Origin: Infirmifilum sp.
GTDB lineage: Archaea; Thermoproteota; Thermoprotei; Thermofilales; Thermofilaceae
Reading direction: 5' to 3'
Assembly: GCA_041287245.1 (NCBI GenBank)
Contig: JBEULP010000065.1
Coordinates: 1-12,318 of the forward strand
Length of the DNA: 12,318 nucleotides
Made by a program: the position numbers and the translations under genes. Position 1 is the stretch's first letter; every line of letters starts with the position of its first letter. Positions 6,799 to 12,318 of the stretch are shown here, piece after piece. The notes under the pieces were generated by a model. The model did not search any database and was not told the origin of the DNA. It was given only the letters and a program-made list of their open reading frames with translations.

Positions 6799-8061
6799 TT
6801 AGCCTGAAGTTGGGTTGGCTAGCCGTCCCATGAATAGGACTAGGCCTGTCTGATTGTCCCGTATCAGGAAGATGAAGGGATGATCCGCTATGAAAGTCTT
6901 CCTGTTTGGCTGGATAGCTGTCACCTTTATGACTACTGCTGTGGCTCCGGCTGCCTCAGTTCCCTCTTCATCTACCTTTACGTAAGCCTGGTGGATTACC
7001 AGGCTGATGTACAGGTCGCGCCTCCCATCGATGCCTGAAAAGTCTGCCTCTGGCGTGAAGGGTGTCTTAAGCCCGAGATCCTCGAGAGGCTGGTTAAGCT
7101 GGTACTTAGTGTTCAGCTCGAACTTGGGTATGCATATCTCGTCTAGCCGCTCGGGCTTAGTAGAGGAGAGGATCCGGGAAAGCAGCTCAGGTGTGAGTTG
7201 AGACTCGAAGGCCTCGAGCCGCCCCTTTGGGAGGAGTATGACCATGGAGAAGCGCCCGCCGGCGTATGGAAGCTCTAGAACCTCCACGTCTGAGAGGTTG
7301 GCGTACATGAAGTCCTTCTCCTGAGGCTCCATGCACATCATGTCTACTTGAACCGTCTGCCCGTCCGCGGTCTTGAAGGGAGCTTTCCTCGTCATGGTTA
7401 CCTCGAACCTGTAAAGCCAGGAGCCCTTGAAGTACACAGCATTTGTTATCACGAGCCTAACCAGGGGGTTTATAGAGCCCGGGGGGATGAGATCCTTTAT
7501 TTTGCCGCGGGTCTGCTCCTCTATGAAGCGGTTTATCGCCTGCCGGGACCCCTCAGGGTCTCTTATAAAGTCGAGGTTGGCTGCTCTAGCACCGTAGAAG
7601 TCCGAAACGACCCTAGCAAACTCGGGAAGAACGTCGAAGCCTGCTTGAACCCATAGTGCATTGCCTATGCCGAGCTCTACGCCTTCCGCTCGGTTTAGGC
7701 TATTGTAGAGGTAGGCATAGTTCGGTCGTAGTATACTGGGATCAGGATACCCTAAGGCACTCCTGAATTCTTCAGCCGTCAAGCCCCTGGCGCCTTCGTA
7801 TGTAACTGCTAGGGCTGAGTAGACGCTGAATGGGGCGTAGAATATGTTTCCCGGCTCGCGCCGCGCTATCTCCTTGTAGAGGTTTACAGCCATGTTGTTA
7901 GCCGAAGATACTACAGCCTCCACCCCGCTCCGGGTGTGGTTTGTCTCGTTAGCCAATGGGGGTCTAAGTGGATTGTAGGGGTAGAGGTATAAAGATGCTA
8001 CGGCTATGGAAACGAGAGCTAGGGCTGCTAGGATGAGGAATAGTTGTATCGGTTTCTTCAT
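6799..8061 (-). CDS. Serpin (serine protease inhibitor) with N-terminal signal/anchor
   Basis: NIFYAPFSV, GARGLT, INRFIEEQTRGKIKDLI, TNAVYFKGSW, LELPY, IPKF, hinge VDEEGTEAAGAT, and signature FIADHPFIFLIRD...LFMGR. Confidence 0.97.
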   Translation of the reverse strand: MKKPIQLFLILAALALVSIAVASLYLYPYNPLRPPLANETNHTRSGVEAVVSSANNMAVNLYKEIARREPGNIFYAPFSVYSALAVTYEGARGLTAEEFRSALGYPDPSILRPNYAYLYNSLNRAEGVELGIGNALWVQAGFDVLPEFARVVSDFYGARAANLDFIRDPEGSRQAINRFIEEQTRGKIKDLIPPGSINPLVRLVITNAVYFKGSWLYRFEVTMTRKAPFKTADGQTVQVDMMCMEPQEKDFMYANLSDVEVLELPYAGGRFSMVILLPKGRLEAFESQLTPELLSRILSSTKPERLDEICIPKFELNTKYQLNQPLEDLGLKTPFTPEADFSGIDGRRDLYISLVIHQAYVKVDEEGTEAAGATAVVIKVTAIQPNRKTFIADHPFIFLIRDNQTGLVLFMGRLANPTSG

Positions 8062-8085
8062 ACATCAGGTATTCAGGGTGGCGTG

Positions 8086-8093
8086 CTTATAAA
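8086..8093 (-). promoter_or_regulatory. TATA box of the serpin gene (leaderless)
   Basis: Minus strand TTTATAAG ending 25 nt before ATG 8061. Confidence 0.65.
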
Positions 8094-8241
8094 GGAAAAG
8101 TACTTGCAATACATATCGAGATTATGCCTCGACGGGACTTCCATACGCTAAGGAAGCCGCAGGAACCTTACAGCCTGCCGGTCAAACAAGTGTGATATGT
8201 CTGAAAGTAAGAATTTTAGGAAGCGTGGCGTTGTAGACAAG

Positions 8242-10023
8242 ATGAGGAAGACCCTGCTTACCCTACTCGCACTAGCCCTCTTAATCCCGCTTGAAGCCTC
8301 GGGTACCCCCGCTGTTAAGAAGCTCCTTATTTACTATGGATACCCCAGCCTCTTCAACGGAAGTAGAAGCGTCTACGAGGCGGCACCCCTCTTCGACAAG
8401 TACGATTTCGTCGTCCTGGCCGACGGGCTCGAGGAGCAAAGCCACCCGGAACACGAGGCTGCCAGGACGCTGCTTTCCCTTTCAAAAGCTGTATTCTACG
8501 GCTACATCGACACTATGCAGCCTATCGGCGATATCTGTAGAAAAGCGGAGAAGTGGAAGGCGCTAGGGGTGAAGGGGGTGCTACTGGACGACTTTGGATT
8601 CGACTACCTAGTGCCTTTCCTTGGAAGTAGAGAAGATGCGCGTAGACACCAGGCTAAAGCCCTCGAGTGCGTCCGCGCTTTCGGCTTGGAAGTAGCGATT
8701 AACGCCTGGAACCCGGACGACCTTTCCGGGGAAGTCTCGGGTGTTTCTCTAAACCTCACCGGCGTCCCGCTTCTAGTAGAACACGCGATATATGGCTTTG
8801 GAAATAAAACTGAAGAATTCGTCGACCATTTCTACCGGATGCTTTTATTCGCCGAGAAAAATAACGCAAAGCTCTGGTGCTTGACTTCGACTGCGGCGAA
8901 AAGCTCGTACGAGAATAAGGCTATCGGATATGATGCCCTAACATACCTCTACCCTGAATGCGACGCCTACGCTATACAGGAAGACTACGGCGAAGACAGT
9001 AGCGTTTTTTACGCCTTCTCGAACCAGAGCGCGGTGATAGAGTACCTCTACGGTGTAAACGTCGTCCTCTGGGGCAGCCTCGACGAGACATGGTATAGGA
9101 GCACGCTGGAAAGGCTTGCCGGGGACGGCTTTGACAGCCTGCTCGTCACATTTTTCCTATCGTCCCCTTCCGTCGACTCAGAGTATGTCGTGCCCTTCGA
9201 GTACACCCCCAGCGACGCCGACTTACGAAAAGCCGTCGCCCTTGCACGGGAAATGGGCTTTAAAGTCTACCTTAGGGTAAATCTAATCGTAACAGGTGGC
9301 TGGGCAGGGGAGCTTAAACCCCGTAACCTGGAGACGTGGTTCAAAAACTATACAGGATACCTTCAAAGGTATGCGTCTCTAGCTCAGAACCTCGGCGTGG
9401 ACGGCTTCGTCTTCGGGACAGAGATGAGTCAATTGGATAAGCTTGAAGACTGGCGCGGTGTTGTCTCAGCATTAAGGAAAATATATACTGGGAGGCTAGG
9501 CTACGCAGCGAACTGGGACTCTGAGGCAACATCCTTCTGGGATCTACTGGACTTTATAGGTATAGACGCTTACTATCCTATACTCAACCTTAGCTCATGG
9601 CACCTGAATCATGAGAAACGGATAGAGCCGCTCCAGCTGATATATGGAAAACCAATCATCTTCACGGAGATAGGCTATCGGAGCGCCCGGGGAGCCGCCT
9701 CAGAGCCCTGGAACTGGCAGTCAAGGCTTGAGAAAGACTACTCTGAGCAGTACAGGCTCTACACGCTATTCCTGAGCTGCGAGGCCCCGAGGATAAACGG
9801 CTTCTTCTACTGGGGCGAGGCACCCTGGGCTGACGACGGCACAGGCTACTCTGTGCTGGGAAAACCAGCCGAGGAGGCGTTCAGAGCCTGGCTGAAAGTA
9901 TATGTTAACATAAACCTCCCGGTTGGCCGCTCCGGTTGCAGTTGCAACCCCCCGGGCGTTGAAAAGCCCCCTTTCCCGGCTAAAGTGCCATATTTGTATC
10001 ACCCTACCCCCTTAGCCTTCTGA
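8242..10023 (+). CDS. Secreted two-domain glycoside hydrolase-like protein: N-terminal GH114/GH166/GH135-like barrel plus C-terminal GH113-like barrel
   Basis: Signal peptide MRKTLLTLLALALLIPLEASG from ATG 8242, with TTTTAGG ~25 nt upstream (ORF track starts at 8197). The C-domain has GH113-type motifs FGTEM, YAANWD, FWDLLDFIGIDAYYP, GKPIIFTEIGYRS, PWNW. The N-domain has LIYYG, YGYID, GVKGVLLDD, AIN, LLVE. The C-domain call is firmer than the N-domain call. Confidence 0.8.
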   Translation: MRKTLLTLLALALLIPLEASGTPAVKKLLIYYGYPSLFNGSRSVYEAAPLFDKYDFVVLADGLEEQSHPEHEAARTLLSLSKAVFYGYIDTMQPIGDICRKAEKWKALGVKGVLLDDFGFDYLVPFLGSREDARRHQAKALECVRAFGLEVAINAWNPDDLSGEVSGVSLNLTGVPLLVEHAIYGFGNKTEEFVDHFYRMLLFAEKNNAKLWCLTSTAAKSSYENKAIGYDALTYLYPECDAYAIQEDYGEDSSVFYAFSNQSAVIEYLYGVNVVLWGSLDETWYRSTLERLAGDGFDSLLVTFFLSSPSVDSEYVVPFEYTPSDADLRKAVALAREMGFKVYLRVNLIVTGGWAGELKPRNLETWFKNYTGYLQRYASLAQNLGVDGFVFGTEMSQLDKLEDWRGVVSALRKIYTGRLGYAANWDSEATSFWDLLDFIGIDAYYPILNLSSWHLNHEKRIEPLQLIYGKPIIFTEIGYRSARGAASEPWNWQSRLEKDYSEQYRLYTLFLSCEAPRINGFFYWGEAPWADDGTGYSVLGKPAEEAFRAWLKVYVNINLPVGRSGCSCNPPGVEKPPFPAKVPYLYHPTPLAF

Positions 10024-10118
10024 GGCTGCTTTATTCTGCCTTGAATCTAAGGCGGTTGAAAACGAGTAAATATCAGAAAGGGCCCCTATCTCCCAATTCC
10101 TGGTATTTTTACAGCTGT

Positions 10119-10145
10119 AAGCCCCCCCTTTAAGGAGGAGGTAAG
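10119..10145 (+). mobile_element. Possible degenerate IS200/IS605 (tnpB-type) right-end remnant
   Basis: AAGCCCCCCCTTTAAGGAGGAGGTAAG resembles a shortened form of the recalled archaeal end motif AAGCCCCGCCCTTTAGGGCGGGGAGGAGGTCA. No transposase nearby. Confidence 0.3.
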
Positions 10146-10159
10146 AATCGTAGGAAGCA

Positions 10160-10537
10160 TTATAGATAAACCTTGCAGGTCAAGCTTGCTCCAGTGCCTT
10201 CACACCGGCCTAGCTCCCCAAGCGCCCACCCTGCAAATCTATTCGAGCATAGACAAGGCGGTCGGGCCGGAGGGGCTCGAACGCATCCAAGCCGAGCGCG
10301 GCGGCCACGGAGAAGAAGATCGTGAGGAGCATTAGCTGGAAAACGGCGAGCCTCAGGAGGTGAGCGCCGGGGCAAGGGGGCCCTTCAGGTCTAGGAAGCA
10401 AGTGGAGGATCACGTAGGGGGAGAGGAAGAGTGGCGGCATAACAATGGTTCAGTAACGCAGGCGGCGGTGATCGGCCTCAGGCTTCCAGCTCGGAATCTC
10501 GGGGCGAGGCGCGCCGGGGACGGGGGCTGTTGTTCAT
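10160..10537 (-). pseudogene. Disrupted small membrane-protein ORF directly downstream of the CLC gene
   Basis: The 10210..10440 frame has two hydrophobic segments, an in-frame TGA just upstream (10450-10452), and joins a plausible tail (ALGELGRCEGTGASLTCKVYL*, ending 10160) if one G is added near 10225-10231. An ATG lies at 10537, just after the CLC stop. Confidence 0.3.
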
Positions 10538-10541
10538 GCTG

Positions 10542-12254
10542 CTAATGGAGGACGCTACTCCCAGCCGCGTTGAGGCGTGCTAGCTGCCTGAGTACCCCCC
10601 TAGCCCTCACTACTCCCAGTAGCCTCCCCTCAGGGTCGATGACTGCCCCCTCTTCCTCGTGCTCTTCAAGCATCTTCTCGATGACTTTGAGTAGCGGGTC
10701 GGTAGGGCTGAACACGAGGCCGTGCTTAACCGCTGCATACGCTACAGGCAGGTTCTGCGAGCGCTCCGTGAACTCGAGGAGATGGGCGGGCGTTACAAAT
10801 CCTATCAGCCTCCCCCCGCCGTCGACGACGGGGGTAAGCTGAGAGAGCTCCTGGCGAGTTAGCTCTATAGCCTCCTTGACGGTGCACGTCTCCTCGATCA
10901 CGACTAGAGGCTTCTCCGCCACGTCAAGCGCCTTAAGCCTGCTCAGCGCTCCCGGGTTCCTGCTGTGGATCGTCCTCATCGCCTCTCTCAGCACCTCCAG
11001 TGCTCCGGAGGGCCTCCTCAAGAGCTGTAAATCGTAAAAGGATGTAAGGCCGCTCGCGAAGTAGCTGAACGTCGCGGACACAAGGATGGGAGTGATGAAG
11101 GATGAACCAGCCGTTTCGGCGGCGAAGGCAACCGCTGTAAGCAGCGTTTTCTGGGTGGCGGCTAGGACGGAGGCCATGCCGGCTACAGCGTACAGCTCAA
11201 CGGGGCCTCCCACAAGCTTGCCGAACAACGCGCCGAGCGCAGCGCCTACAAATATTGATGGGATGAAGAGGCCACCGCTGCCTCCAAAGTTAAGGGTGAA
11301 GGATGTGGCTGCGACTTTCAGCACCAGAAGCAATGCCAGCCCCGCCAGGGTCTCGTCACCCCTCAAAATTCTCGAAATAGTGCCGTAACCAGCCCCGTAG
11401 ACCCCAGGCTCTACCAATCCCACAACCGCTACTAGCAGCCCGCCTACGATCGGCTTGACAAATTTTTTCCCGAAGCGGCGATTTGCCAGGCTGCCCAACC
11501 CCAAGAAGGTACGAACGAATAGTCTCCCGACCCCCGCCGCCAGAGCCCCAGGAGAGCCGCCGAAGCCACGTTCACCGGGGTGAGGGTGAGGGGCAGGGGG
11601 GCTACTTGGAAGATTGCCTCGGCGCCTCTTAAAGCCACTATCGTTATGTACGCTGCTAGGGACGCGATAGTGGCTTCGAGGAAGACCCCCTCTCTAGGTC
11701 CCGCCTATAAGGTATCTCCAGCGTGAAGAGAATACCGGTGAGCGGAGCCTTAAAAATCGCCGTGAGCCCTGCGGCCCCCCAGCTAGGAAAATCTTCCTCA
11801 CCCCCTCTCTAGGCAACTTCACCGCCCTGGCAATAAAGGAGCCGACCCCCCCGCCTATCGCGAGGCTTGGGCCCTCTAGCCCCGCGCTCCCACCCATCCC
11901 TATTGTCATGGCCGAGGCCGCCGCCCTAGCAGCAGTATCCTTCAAGCCAGCCTCGCCATCAAGGATGTGGTACTGTTCCAGGAAGGCGTGTGTGCCACAC
12001 CCCGCCTTCTTATCGCTCGTGAAGGCGACGACTACCGCGTAAGATGCCAGCATGCCGGCTGGAACCAGGAGAAGGGCTAGTAGCCGGCTATACCCCAACA
12101 TAGAGCCGAAGAGGGTGCTTATCCACTCGAATACCAGCGAGTACAAAGCTACCGAGACCCCGGCCACGACTCCGACCACGAGTGCCACTATGGCCGGCTG
12201 AACCCTCCCAGCCAACTCCCGCATCTCCAGAATCCTGAGACGCCCCGAATTCAC
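10542..12254 (-). CDS. CLC-family anion channel/transporter with C-terminal CBS pair, split by three frameshifts (pseudogene as written, probably intact in vivo)
   Basis: CLC motifs GGSAGLEGP, (G/A)AGLTAIFKAPLTGILFTLEI, GAGYGTI, GGSGGLFIP and TSFY are spread over successive frames. Adding one base at each of 11775-11780, 11686-11690 and 11546-11549 gives one continuous protein. CBS repeats: PVVDGGGRLIGFVT, AVIDPEGRLLGVV. Start GTG 12254 inferred from the TATA box; ATG 12224 is the alternative. Confidence 0.9.
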
Positions 12255-12274
12255 AAGCCAGCAATGGAGGAGGC

Positions 12275-12283
12275 TCATATAAG
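12275..12283 (-). promoter_or_regulatory. Putative TATA box of the CLC gene
   Basis: Minus strand CTTATATGA, ~23 nt before the in-frame GTG at 12254. Confidence 0.45.
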
Positions 12284-12318
12284 CGTTGCTGGGCACCTAA
12301 GAGGACGACAGCCCCCCA

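Noticed and set aside
4725..7656. ORFs 4725..4946, 5211..5600, 5761..6120, 6021..6287, 7007..7201 and 7348..7656
   Set aside because: They overlap the oxidoreductase, phosphoesterase or serpin on the opposite strand and have the S/P/T/R-rich composition typical of shadow frames.
6721..7989. GGGTAGAGGTA at 6721-6731 and 7979-7989 as a target-site duplication around the serpin
   Set aside because: The second copy is inside the serpin coding region, and one 11-mer match in 12 kb is expected by chance.
8291..11388. ORFs 8291..8566, 9341..9532, 9766..10002, 10360..10545, 10570..10842 and 11086..11388
   Set aside because: Shadow frames of the glycosidase or CLC region with no independent signals.
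11444..11638. 64-aa ORF as a separate gene
   Set aside because: Its first half is the CLC segment between frameshifts 2 and 3, and the rest is out-of-frame read-through.
1..12318. CRISPR array, tRNA, rRNA or C/D-box sRNA
   Set aside because: No regularly spaced repeats, cloverleaf or properly paired RUGAUGA/CUGA boxes were found by eye in the intergenic regions. A covariance-model scan would be needed to exclude small RNAs fully.

Overview
Archaeal chromosomal segment. Thermoproteota/Thermofilum-like origin is inferred from TATA boxes ~23-26 nt before start codons, a class III signal peptide and gene content. Left to right: the 3' end of a membrane-protein gene; a 131-aa hypothetical; a minus-strand sugar ABC operon (glucose-type binding protein plus two permeases, no ATPase); an FAD-dependent NADH oxidase/CoA-disulfide-reductase-family gene; a divergent Tat-signal YkuE-like metallophosphoesterase; a secreted inhibitory-type serpin; a divergent secreted protein with two tandem glycoside-hydrolase-like barrels (GH114/GH166/GH135-like plus GH113-like); a palindrome-rich spacer with a possible IS200/IS605 end remnant; a broken small membrane-protein ORF; and a CLC-CBS anion channel/transporter gene split by three single-base losses in G runs (probably sequencing error) with non-canonical selectivity motifs. 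No rRNA, tRNA, CRISPR array or intact mobile element was seen. The best novelty candidates are the two-domain glycosidase, with its secreted neighbours, and the atypical CLC. All family calls come from motif recognition by eye, not database searches.
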